Source of the DNA: Thermodesulfobacteriota bacterium
Lineage (GTDB): Bacteria; Desulfobacterota; Desulfobulbia; Desulfobulbales; SURF-16
DNA length: 64,000 bases
NCBI GenBank assembly: GCA_040755455.1
Contig: JBFMAY010000018.1
Span: 1-64,000 of the forward strand
Direction of reading: 5' to 3'
In this document: piece after piece, positions 18,961-27,229 of the stretch
How the letters are laid out: every line of letters starts with the position of its first letter
How positions within the stretch are numbered: the stretch's first letter is position 1
Notes under the pieces: model-generated
What the model saw: only the letters and a program-made list of their open reading frames with translations
Databases searched by the model: none
What the model was told of the DNA's origin: nothing
Program-made: the position numbers and the translations under genes

Positions 18961-19872
18961 TCATTGGGCCAGCCGGCTTACCCCGACAAGTTGAACCTGG
19001 CCGTGCAGTTTGGTCCGGTATTGTCTGAGGGCATCAAGGGTTGCCTGGTGCGGGTGACCGATGGCGATGGCTGACCCTCTCTGCCTGGCAAGACTGATCA
19101 ACGTATCGAGCTGTTTCATCACCTGCTGCGCGTTCTGGCTGTTGTCGATAAAAATATCCCTCTGGGCTGTTTTCAGCCCCATCTCTTTTGCCATGGCAAA
19201 ACCGACTGATCCGGCTGAGGTGAGGCTGTCCAGGAAAAAAAGATTGTTCTCCTTGAGCAGAGCAAGGCACGCCCGCATGGCGGCGCGGTTCTCGGTGAAG
19301 CTGGAACCCATGTGATTGTTGACGCCTATGGCATGGGGCACTGCGGCGATATCCCTGGCAAGGGTTGCCTGGATTTGCTTGCCGCTCATGCGGGTCAACA
19401 GGGCGCCGGTACCCGGGGTCCATTTGCTGTCCTGTGGTTCCATGGGCAGATGGAGAAGAATATCCCGGTTTTTTCGCCGGGCCTCGGCCAATTGGGTGGC
19501 GGTGTTGGGGCCGAAAGGCAGAAAGGCAAACGACAGGTTCAGATCAAGGGCGAGGAGGTCGGCGCAGATGCCATCCTTAAACCCCATGTCGTCAATGATG
19601 ATGCTGACCAGGGGCAACGGAACGGCATTTGGCGATTTTTGGGCAGGAACCGTGGTGGCCGGGGGCGAAATGGCAGGTTTCTCAGGCACAACGGCCGGCC
19701 TTTTTTGTGGGACCGTGGCCAGCGGCGGGGAGAGACGCTTGATGGTGCCCGGCCGCAGCAAAACAAGATAAACGGTGGCCCCGATGCTGCACAGCACGAG
19801 CAGAAAAAGGGTAATCCACAGCAGCGGGCCCTTTTTGCCTCGTTTTTTTCTGGCAGTTTTTTTTCTGGCCAT
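18961..19872 (-). CDS. divergent polysaccharide deacetylase (YibQ family)
   Basis: IIIDDMG, HLPMEP, GVNNHMGS, FLDSLT, AIGHP; N-terminal TM. Confidence 0.9.
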   Translation of the reverse strand: MARKKTARKKRGKKGPLLWITLFLLVLCSIGATVYLVLLRPGTIKRLSPPLATVPQKRPAVVPEKPAISPPATTVPAQKSPNAVPLPLVSIIIDDMGFKDGICADLLALDLNLSFAFLPFGPNTATQLAEARRKNRDILLHLPMEPQDSKWTPGTGALLTRMSGKQIQATLARDIAAVPHAIGVNNHMGSSFTENRAAMRACLALLKENNLFFLDSLTSAGSVGFAMAKEMGLKTAQRDIFIDNSQNAQQVMKQLDTLISLARQRGSAIAIGHPHQATLDALRQYRTKLHGQVQLVGVSRLAQ

Positions 19873-20895
19873 TTATTTCTGCCGGGTGAGCACGTAATGG
19901 GCCAGTCCTGACAGGATCCGGCGCGATTGGCAGTCGGGGAAAACGGCAAGTGCTGCTAATGCCGCTTCGACCAGCGCCTCAGCCCCCTGCCTGGCATAGG
20001 CGAAGCCGCCGTATTGTTCAATAACCTCATGCACCTCATCGATTTTTTCCGCCCGCACCGCGGCATCTCCCATGAGCAGATCCATCATGTGATCGCGCTC
20101 CCCGCCCGCACAGTTCTGCAAGGCATGAATCAAAGGCAGGGTCATCTTGCCTTCGACAAAATCGTTGCCGACGGCTTTGCCGGTTTTATTGGGATCGCCC
20201 TGGTAATCGAGGAGATCATCAATGACCTGAAAGGCAAGGCCCAGGGCATCGCCATAGCTGCGCAGGGCCTGCTGGTGCTCGTTGCCGCCTTCGGCAAAAT
20301 AGGCGCCGACCTCGCAGGCCGCGCTGATGAGACAGCCGGTTTTGCCGCGCAGCACGGCAAAATAATTTTCCTCCGAAAGATTGCGCTCCTGCACGGTCTG
20401 CATCTGCCGGAATTCGGCCTGGATCATGGCTGCGGTGGCGCTGCCGATGAGCGAGAGGGTATGGGGGTCACCCACGGTGCCTGCCATGGTCATGGCCCGG
20501 GTGTGCAGAAAATCACCGGCCAGGATGACTTGGGTGTTGCCCCAGACGCTGTTGGCCGAGGGTTTGCCCCGCCGTTTGCCGGCGTTATCAATCACATCAT
20601 CATGCAGCAGGCTTGCCCCGTGGAGAAATTCAAAAACAGCGGCCAGCCTGTACAGATTGACCGGCGGGGTCAGCTCATCCTCTGCCGCCAGCCCTTCGGG
20701 CATGCGGGCAAAGGCGCACAGCCGGGCCGCCAGCACGGTCAGGACCGGCCGGATCCTTTTGCCGCCGTTGAAAAGGGCATATTCCAGAATTTGCTGAAGC
20801 CTTGCATCGCCGCATTGAGAGATCTCACTGCGCATGGTTGCATTTATTTGCTCGATATCCGGTTGCAGCAGGCTGAGCAGTTCATTTTTATCCAC
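19873..20895 (-). CDS. ispB: polyprenyl diphosphate synthase
   Basis: GGKRIRP, LLHDDVID..RRG, AFQVIDDLLD, EGKMTLP; GTG start with AGGAG RBS. Confidence 0.85.
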   Translation of the reverse strand: MDKNELLSLLQPDIEQINATMRSEISQCGDARLQQILEYALFNGGKRIRPVLTVLAARLCAFARMPEGLAAEDELTPPVNLYRLAAVFEFLHGASLLHDDVIDNAGKRRGKPSANSVWGNTQVILAGDFLHTRAMTMAGTVGDPHTLSLIGSATAAMIQAEFRQMQTVQERNLSEENYFAVLRGKTGCLISAACEVGAYFAEGGNEHQQALRSYGDALGLAFQVIDDLLDYQGDPNKTGKAVGNDFVEGKMTLPLIHALQNCAGGERDHMMDLLMGDAAVRAEKIDEVHEVIEQYGGFAYARQGAEALVEAALAALAVFPDCQSRRILSGLAHYVLTRQK

Positions 20896-22921
20896 ATTGT
20901 TCTCCTGTCTCTGAAGGGGTTTTGCGTAAGGGCGGTTCGCCAACCGTCCCTGTCGGCACCGTATTTTCCTGAAAAAAACCGGATACCTCCTCAAGGGTTC
21001 TGATGATCGGGCTGTCAGGCAGGCTTTTCAGAAAAAGACGGCCATAGTGTTTGCTGAACAGTCGGACATCCAGAATGGCCAGCAGGCCGGAGTCAGTGGA
21101 TGAGCGCATCAGCCGGCCAAGCCCCTGGCGCAGGGTCAGGATGGCCCTGGGTATCTGGAAATCCACAAAGGGATTGCCGCCCGCTTCCCTGATTTTATTA
21201 ATCCGGGCCATGATAACAGGATCATTGGGAACTTCAAAGGGAAGCTTGTCAATGATCACGCAACTCAAGGTTTCACCCGGCACGTCCACCCCTTCCCAGA
21301 AACTGGCAACCGCCAGCAGAACGGAATGGGTTTCGTTGCTGAAACGGTCAAGCAGGGTCTGTTTCGGCGCGCTGCCCTGCATGAAAATCGGGAAAGGCAG
21401 CCGCTCGGCGAGATAGTGAAAAACGTACTGCATGGCCTTGATGCTGGTAAAGAGCACCAGGGCCCGGCCCCGGGATGCCAGCAGGATGTCCAGGATGACG
21501 TGCTGCAGTTCTTTTAAGAAAGCAGGGGCGGCAGGTTCAGGCATAGTGGCCGGGACAAACAGCTTGGTCCGCCCGGCGTAGTCAAACGGCGAGGCCAGGC
21601 ACAGGCTTGTCGTTGTTGCCGGCAGACCGAGCCGTTCGAAAAAATAGCTGAAGTTGCCCCCGGTGGTCAGCGTGGCGGAGGTGAAAACAACTGTTTTGAC
21701 CTCAGGGAATAACGATTTTTGCAGATCCTCGGCAATTTCTATGGGCGAGGCTGCAATGGCAACCGTCTTGTCGCGCCGCTCATACCAGTATACGGAGGAA
21801 CGGCGCTGCTGCCCGGTAACGATCTGCAGATTTGCCAGCAGCTCCTGGGCCCGGCGCTGCATGCCGCTCCATATGTCGCTGCGCTGCGCCTGGGCGTCAA
21901 GCCGCGCGATGAGACCGGACAGGGATTCTGTCAGCAGCAGACACTCTTCCTCCCAGTTGCTTATCTTTTCCGCGGCCTCATTGAGGGGAAACCGGCCACG
22001 CTCCTCGGGGAATATGCGCAGGAAACGGACTGCGCTGCTGGCCAGTCCCTTGGCTGCGCTGGCAATTTTTGCAAGGGATTGATCAATAACGTTTTCCTGC
22101 AGCAGTTTTTCAAGATCCTGGGCCAGGTCAAGCAGCTGGAAGTGACTGACACTGTGGCCGAAATAGCGGGTGGCGATATTTTCGATGTGATGGGCCTCAT
22201 CGAAAATAACCGATTCATATCGGGGCAGAACCTCGGCAAAGCCGAAACGCCGCAGGGCGAGATCCGAAAAAAAGAGATGGTGGTTGACGATCAACAGCTG
22301 GGTGCGGGCCGCTTTTTTGCGCAGCTGGTTGATGAAGCAGTCGGCACTGTCCGGACAGCTGGTCCCCAGACATTGACTGGAGGTGGCGCTCACCTCCCGC
22401 CACAGGCTGGAATGGTCGGGCAGCCAGTCAAGTTCGGCTCGGTCGCCGGTGTGGGTTGTGGCGAGCCAGCCGGCAACGGCGTCCAGATGATCGTTGTCGA
22501 ACAGGGGCAGCTGGGGGGAGTTATAGAGCTGATGCCAGCGGTAGAGGCACAGATAGTTTTGCCGGCCCTTGACGCAGAGCGCGGAAAGCTGCGGGGCAAT
22601 ATGTTCTTTGATAAAGGGGATCTCTTTGTTGAGAATCTGCTCCTGCAGGTTCAGGGTGCCGGTGGAAATCACCACCTTCTGGCCGCTCAATGTGGCCGGC
22701 ACAAGATAGGCGAGTGTCTTGCCGATGCCGGTTTCCGCCTCCACGGCAAGCATGCGGTCCGGGGGGGTGGACGTGGAAAAAGAGTCATCCACGGCAAAAC
22801 TCTGGGCCACGGCCATGGCCATGGTCAGTTGTCCCGAGCGGGCTTCAAAGCCGGGCAGCTTCCTGCTGAGAATGCCCCCGGCAGAGAAAATTTCTTTGGT
22901 TTTATCAAGAAGTTCATCCAT
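20888..22921 (-). CDS. DinG/YoaA-family Fe-S DNA helicase
   Basis: EAETGIGKT, KGRQNYLC, DEAH, SATL, FWEGVD, QGLGRLMR. Confidence 0.9.
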   Translation of the reverse strand: MDELLDKTKEIFSAGGILSRKLPGFEARSGQLTMAMAVAQSFAVDDSFSTSTPPDRMLAVEAETGIGKTLAYLVPATLSGQKVVISTGTLNLQEQILNKEIPFIKEHIAPQLSALCVKGRQNYLCLYRWHQLYNSPQLPLFDNDHLDAVAGWLATTHTGDRAELDWLPDHSSLWREVSATSSQCLGTSCPDSADCFINQLRKKAARTQLLIVNHHLFFSDLALRRFGFAEVLPRYESVIFDEAHHIENIATRYFGHSVSHFQLLDLAQDLEKLLQENVIDQSLAKIASAAKGLASSAVRFLRIFPEERGRFPLNEAAEKISNWEEECLLLTESLSGLIARLDAQAQRSDIWSGMQRRAQELLANLQIVTGQQRRSSVYWYERRDKTVAIAASPIEIAEDLQKSLFPEVKTVVFTSATLTTGGNFSYFFERLGLPATTTSLCLASPFDYAGRTKLFVPATMPEPAAPAFLKELQHVILDILLASRGRALVLFTSIKAMQYVFHYLAERLPFPIFMQGSAPKQTLLDRFSNETHSVLLAVASFWEGVDVPGETLSCVIIDKLPFEVPNDPVIMARINKIREAGGNPFVDFQIPRAILTLRQGLGRLMRSSTDSGLLAILDVRLFSKHYGRLFLKSLPDSPIIRTLEEVSGFFQENTVPTGTVGEPPLRKTPSETGEQCG

Positions 22922-23036
22922 GCTGATGTCAATCCTGCATGCTACATAACCGCAATAGGATAAAGATACAAAGAAAAAATACTTTGTATCTGAGCAACTT
23001 ATGACTAGAATAAAAGAAAAATGAGGAGGTGGGATT

Positions 23037-23480
23037 ATGCAAGTGAAAAAAATTTTGGTGCCGGTTGATTTCTCGGAAAATTCCAACCGTATTATCCAGT
23101 ACGGGGCGTATGTGGCCAAACAGTTTGGCGCGGAGATGGAGGCGATTTTCGTTGCCCAGACCTTTCAGGACTATTCGGAGTTTTTTGAGCCCCATATGCC
23201 GGTTATCCAGTTCGAGGAAGATCTTATCGCCAGTGCCAAGGAGAAGATGAAGTCCTTTCTGGCGGAATCACTTGAGCCTTCGGTGGTTTGTCGCGGGGTG
23301 GTCATGGCCGGCGATATTGCCGAGACGATTCTCGACTATGCCAAGGAGCAGCAGGTGGATTTAGTCGTCATGGGAACCCATGGCTACAAGGGACTGGAAA
23401 AGGTTCTTTTCGGCAGTATTGCCGAAAAGGTGGTCAAAAGGTCGCCGTGCCCGGTATTGACGATTAACCCTTACAGGTAG
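23037..23480 (+). CDS. universal stress protein
   Basis: ILVPVDFS...VMGTHG..G...FGSIAEKVV..SPCPVL. Confidence 0.92.
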   Translation: MQVKKILVPVDFSENSNRIIQYGAYVAKQFGAEMEAIFVAQTFQDYSEFFEPHMPVIQFEEDLIASAKEKMKSFLAESLEPSVVCRGVVMAGDIAETILDYAKEQQVDLVVMGTHGYKGLEKVLFGSIAEKVVKRSPCPVLTINPYR

Positions 23481-24585
23481 ATTTTCTGCTTGATTTCAGG
23501 GCAATGATCCCCATGGGGCTGCCAGTTGCGGCCTGGGGCTGAACCGTTGTTTTACAGACATGGCCCAGTAGGCGCGTCAGGCTCTCGTTGCAGAGATACA
23601 CTTCAAGATGGGGCTCAGCGGGGCAATTTCCCCCTTGCCCTGGCTTGGCGGCGGGTTGGCCCCATGCCATGCAGCCGTTGAATATCTTAGTCCATGCCGC
23701 GGCAAGAACAGAGAAGTTCTTCAGGGTATCCGGCGTTGCGCCCTTTGCCGCTGTATCTGCCAGCAGAGAGCTGAATCCTGCCAGGGTGTCTTGCGCCTCC
23801 TCCCTGAATGCCGCCCTGGCATGGAGATAGGCCTCAAGTTCCATTTCATCACTGGCGGGCAAAGGGATACGAAAGAGGCGCACCGGCCTCTTTTGTGTCA
23901 ATGTCTCGTTCGCATCAAAGAGAAGTTCAGCCGCATCACTCTGACCGCTGACCAGGATTGGGTAATTGTTGCGCCGTCTGTCGGCCAGAAAGAGTTTTGC
24001 CCAGGCCTTGACAAGAATTTCCGGCCTGACCGGCAACCGGCTTTCCATTTGCTGGAAAGGGGCAAGAGAGAATGGGATTTCCGGTTCACCTTTCAGAACC
24101 TCAAAAAGTTCCAGCTCTTTGCGGGAAATCGCTGACAGTTCCTTTTGTAACTCCTGCTCCTCCTGATAGAGGATTTCTGCAAGCTTGAGCAGCAGGCGGG
24201 CCTCCCACAGGCCTTCTGTGGCGGCAGCCTGGGCCATGGTATCATCTGCCGAGGGTTTGCCGCCAATTGCCTGAATCAGGCTTTTAACCGATTGTTCGTC
24301 GCGTTTTCGCGCGTTTTCTGCAGTAATGGCGGAAAGGTGGCCGCTGTAAAATTCTGCTTCATTTCCTTTGAGCTCTCTGATAAGTTGTCGGAACCGGTCC
24401 AGGTCGCCCTGAAAGGGGACCGGCGCATATCCTTCACAGAGCTTGGACGCTGTCTCATCTGTGGTTGATTCGTCAGCTTCTGCAGCAAGGTAGTTGCAGA
24501 TTTTGTCAAAGAAAACGAGTTCCTGGCTCACTTGCCGGGTGCTGATCGAGGTCTGGGGAAAATACAGGGCAGTTAATGGCGGCAT
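23464..24585 (-). CDS. hypothetical protein
   Basis: 373-aa ORF with protein-like composition; no motif recognised. Confidence 0.7.
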   Translation of the reverse strand: MPPLTALYFPQTSISTRQVSQELVFFDKICNYLAAEADESTTDETASKLCEGYAPVPFQGDLDRFRQLIRELKGNEAEFYSGHLSAITAENARKRDEQSVKSLIQAIGGKPSADDTMAQAAATEGLWEARLLLKLAEILYQEEQELQKELSAISRKELELFEVLKGEPEIPFSLAPFQQMESRLPVRPEILVKAWAKLFLADRRRNNYPILVSGQSDAAELLFDANETLTQKRPVRLFRIPLPASDEMELEAYLHARAAFREEAQDTLAGFSSLLADTAAKGATPDTLKNFSVLAAAWTKIFNGCMAWGQPAAKPGQGGNCPAEPHLEVYLCNESLTRLLGHVCKTTVQPQAATGSPMGIIALKSSRKSTCKG

Positions 24586-24710
24586 AATCTATATAAAAAG
24601 TCTGAAATTGGCTGGTTGCGTTAAAAGTCATTGCCGCGAAAAAAATGTTGTGACAATAACCCAATGTACTGATTTGCACTTTACGCTGCTCTTTGTATTT
24701 TGGCAAGAGT

Positions 24711-24813
24711 GGTAAATCGTTGTAATGCAATAACTGAAAAATCGCCATACTGTTATCGACAAGGGGCAGGAACGAAATGGTTGGAGAGGAAATGGTTATT
24801 TCGCAACGGCCCC
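24711..24813 (-). repeat. intergenic repeat element copy 3 (inverted orientation)
   Basis: Minus strand GGGGCCGTTGCGAAAT-N19-ATTTCGTTCCTGCCCC-N29-TTATTGCATTACAACGATTTACC. Confidence 0.75.
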
Positions 24814-24829
24814 TAAACCTTAAAACGGC

Positions 24830-25129
24830 ATGAGTCTCATGAGCACAAAAGAAAAAATTTCTCTGTTTCTGCTTATCGCTGTTTATCTGCTGGTTACCGT
24901 CAGATATTTCCCGAACCGGCCAATGGAAACCCTTGCGGCCACGATGAGCCATCTGCTTGAATCCGTTCCCTATATTATTGCGGCGACCATAGTGGTGGTT
25001 TCGGTGATACAAAAGGTGGTCGGGCAAAAAATGCCGCGCAACAGCATAGCCAGAATCTATCTGACCTTTGGTCTGATTGCCGAGTTTTTCTTCGGCATGT
25101 ATCATTATCTCAATCAGGGGCAGATATAG
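24830..25129 (+). CDS. small hypothetical membrane protein (about 3 TM)
   Basis: 99-aa ORF with three hydrophobic segments. Confidence 0.65.
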   Translation: MSLMSTKEKISLFLLIAVYLLVTVRYFPNRPMETLAATMSHLLESVPYIIAATIVVVSVIQKVVGQKMPRNSIARIYLTFGLIAEFFFGMYHYLNQGQI

Positions 25130-25138
25130 CGGAGTAAG

Positions 25139-25247
25139 AGTGCCTGAAGCGCGTAAGATGTCTAAAGTACTTGAAGTTGCGGTACTATCTGATTAGATAT
25201 TTTCATTAATTTTAGGCATGTTAAGTACTGCAAGTATTTTAGGCACT
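25139..25247. repeat. inverted pair of degenerate 9-bp tandem arrays (GTGCCTAAA-like)
   Basis: gtgcctgaa-gcgcgtaag-atgtctaaa-gtacttgaa facing (minus strand) gtgcctaaa-atacttgca-gtacttaac-atgcctaaa, between convergent genes. Confidence 0.6.
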
Positions 25248-25254
25248 TCAGAGA

Positions 25255-26124
25255 TTATTTGACGGTCACCGGGTATTTGTGCTTCAGTTCTTCAACCAGT
25301 TGCTTTAATGCCTTTTCGTTGCGGTCGGCTTTGAGCCTGGCCTCGATTTCTTTACTGACCTGCTCCAGGGGCAGTTTTTCCGGCGCCTTTCTGTCCAGGA
25401 CATGGATCAGATGCCAACCGAAACTTGTCTGCACCGGCGGGCTGGTTTCACCGGGCTTGGTGGAAAAAGCCGCGTCTTCAAATTCTTTGACCATCTGCCC
25501 CCTGCCGAAATAACCGACATTGCCGCTCCTGTTTTTCGATCCCGGATCTTCTGAAAACTGTTCGGCAAGCGTGGAAAAGGACTCGCCGTTTTTCAGTTTA
25601 TCCTGAATCATCTCAATGGATTTTCTGGCCTTTTCCTTGTCTTCCGCGCTGGCATCCGCCTCTGTGCGGATGAGGATATGCTGGGCCTGCACCTGTTCGC
25701 CCTGTTCGAATTCGCCGCTGTTTTTCCCGTAATAGGAAGCGATTTCTTCCTTGGGGACAGGCGCCTGGATATCAAGACGTTTGCTGATGAGCGTTTCCAC
25801 CAGCACCCTGTTTTTCATCTCATCAATTTTAAGCATTACCAGGGGGTCCTGGTCAATTTTGGCGGAAAGTGCTTCCTGGACGATGAGGTTGATTTCAACC
25901 CAGCGGTTGATCAGCTCTTTTTTCATCTGGTCATTGGAGCGCAGCATGACCTGAATCTGGGGGGGCATCAGGTCGATCATCATGTCAAGCCGGGAGGATG
26001 TCAGTCTGCTGTCACCGACCTGGGCCAGAACGTCATCGGGTTTGGGAAGATTTTCCGCCATGAGCAGGCTGGGCGAGAACAGCACGAAGAAAGTACCGAT
26101 GAGCAGAATTTTGCGTGTAAACAT
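25255..26124 (-). CDS. periplasmic PpiC/parvulin peptidyl-prolyl isomerase
   Basis: Signal peptide; HILI, F..LA..FSEDPGS...G..G.F..GQMV.EF, FGWHLI. Confidence 0.92.
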   Translation of the reverse strand: MFTRKILLIGTFFVLFSPSLLMAENLPKPDDVLAQVGDSRLTSSRLDMMIDLMPPQIQVMLRSNDQMKKELINRWVEINLIVQEALSAKIDQDPLVMLKIDEMKNRVLVETLISKRLDIQAPVPKEEIASYYGKNSGEFEQGEQVQAQHILIRTEADASAEDKEKARKSIEMIQDKLKNGESFSTLAEQFSEDPGSKNRSGNVGYFGRGQMVKEFEDAAFSTKPGETSPPVQTSFGWHLIHVLDRKAPEKLPLEQVSKEIEARLKADRNEKALKQLVEELKHKYPVTVK

Positions 26125-26195
26125 GAAGACCCCTCAACAAAGTATGGAAGATGGCGATTGAAAATCAGGACGAAAGGCCAGCTGCAACCATTCAA

Positions 26196-26993
26196 TCACC
26201 TGATGAGACTGTTATTTTCATGCAGCCCGGATGGTGCGGTGGTGTTTGGCAGCAGAAGGGACTTTTTGCCGAGCAGGGTCCCCGGGTTGGTCACCGAATT
26301 GCAGCCGGTTTGCACCAAGTCCGCCAGGATGGCCCCGAATTTCCGTAAGCCTGAATCAACAGGACCGTTTGGGGTTCTGATTCTGACATTGCCGGGGGCG
26401 AAACGGAGGTTGGCCAGTTTGGTCCCGGCTCCGAGATTAACCTCGTTGCCCAGTATGCTGTCGCCTAGATAGGCAAAGTGTCCGGCCTTGGCATCGTCCA
26501 TAAAAATGGAGTGTTTCACTTCCGTGACATGGCCGACGACACATCTTCTGCCAATCAGGCAGTAGCCACGCAGATAGGCGCCCTGTCTGATTTCCGTCAT
26601 GTCGCCGATGATGGTCGGTGAGGCGATAAAGGCGCCGGGCTCCACTTTTACCCCTTTGCCGAATTGTATCTTGTCGCCGACCAGGACGGTTCCCGCCATG
26701 ATGACGCTGGCTCCGGCAAGCAGCTCTTTGCCCCTGAACACCTTCAGCTTGCCTTTGGTGGCGTCTCCGTACTCGATTGTCAGCCCATGCCCATCCAGGA
26801 AAACATTATCATAGTAGACAAGGGTTTTGAGCAAAGGTTCGTTTTTTTTTATATCATCCGGCAGGGCAGGATAGTGCAGGCTCTCCATATAGGATTTAAG
26901 TTTTTTGAGCCCGTCCCAGACGTATTCGGCTGAGGAAAAAATTTCACCGTGTTCAAAGAGGGAGAGGTCGAAAAAAGAGGCTGGGTTCAGCAT
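26196..26993 (-). CDS. hexapeptide-repeat acyltransferase similar to the GlmU acetyltransferase domain
   Basis: Left-handed beta-helix repeats; EVKHS, HFAYLGDSILG..VNLGAGT..AN, RKFGAIL. Confidence 0.8.
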   Translation of the reverse strand: MLNPASFFDLSLFEHGEIFSSAEYVWDGLKKLKSYMESLHYPALPDDIKKNEPLLKTLVYYDNVFLDGHGLTIEYGDATKGKLKVFRGKELLAGASVIMAGTVLVGDKIQFGKGVKVEPGAFIASPTIIGDMTEIRQGAYLRGYCLIGRRCVVGHVTEVKHSIFMDDAKAGHFAYLGDSILGNEVNLGAGTKLANLRFAPGNVRIRTPNGPVDSGLRKFGAILADLVQTGCNSVTNPGTLLGKKSLLLPNTTAPSGLHENNSLIR

Positions 26994-27110
26994 AGGATCA
27001 TGTCATCTCCATTGGTATTTAAGGTTTTTTGCCATGGCATATAATGGAGCAAATCGCAATTAAGTTCAACAGATTTTCTATAAAAAGACGGCGGCAGGCA
27101 TTGGCTTTAC

Positions 27111-27139
27111 TTGACTTAACAGGGCGCAATGTTTAGTGT
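27111..27139 (+). promoter_or_regulatory. candidate sigma70 promoter for lon
   Basis: TTGACT-N17-TAGTGT about 90 nt upstream of the lon start. Confidence 0.4.
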
Positions 27140-27229
27140 AAAAACCTTGGCAAAAATGGTAGAGTAGTGACGTTATGTCAGCTTTATTGACTGGCATCTT
27201 ACTTTTTATAGGCTGAAGGGAGGTATCCT

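Noticed and set aside
21719..22963. 414-aa ORF antisense to the DinG/YoaA helicase (likewise 20014-21003 and 37504-38796)
   Set aside because: Antisense shadows of clearly identified genes.
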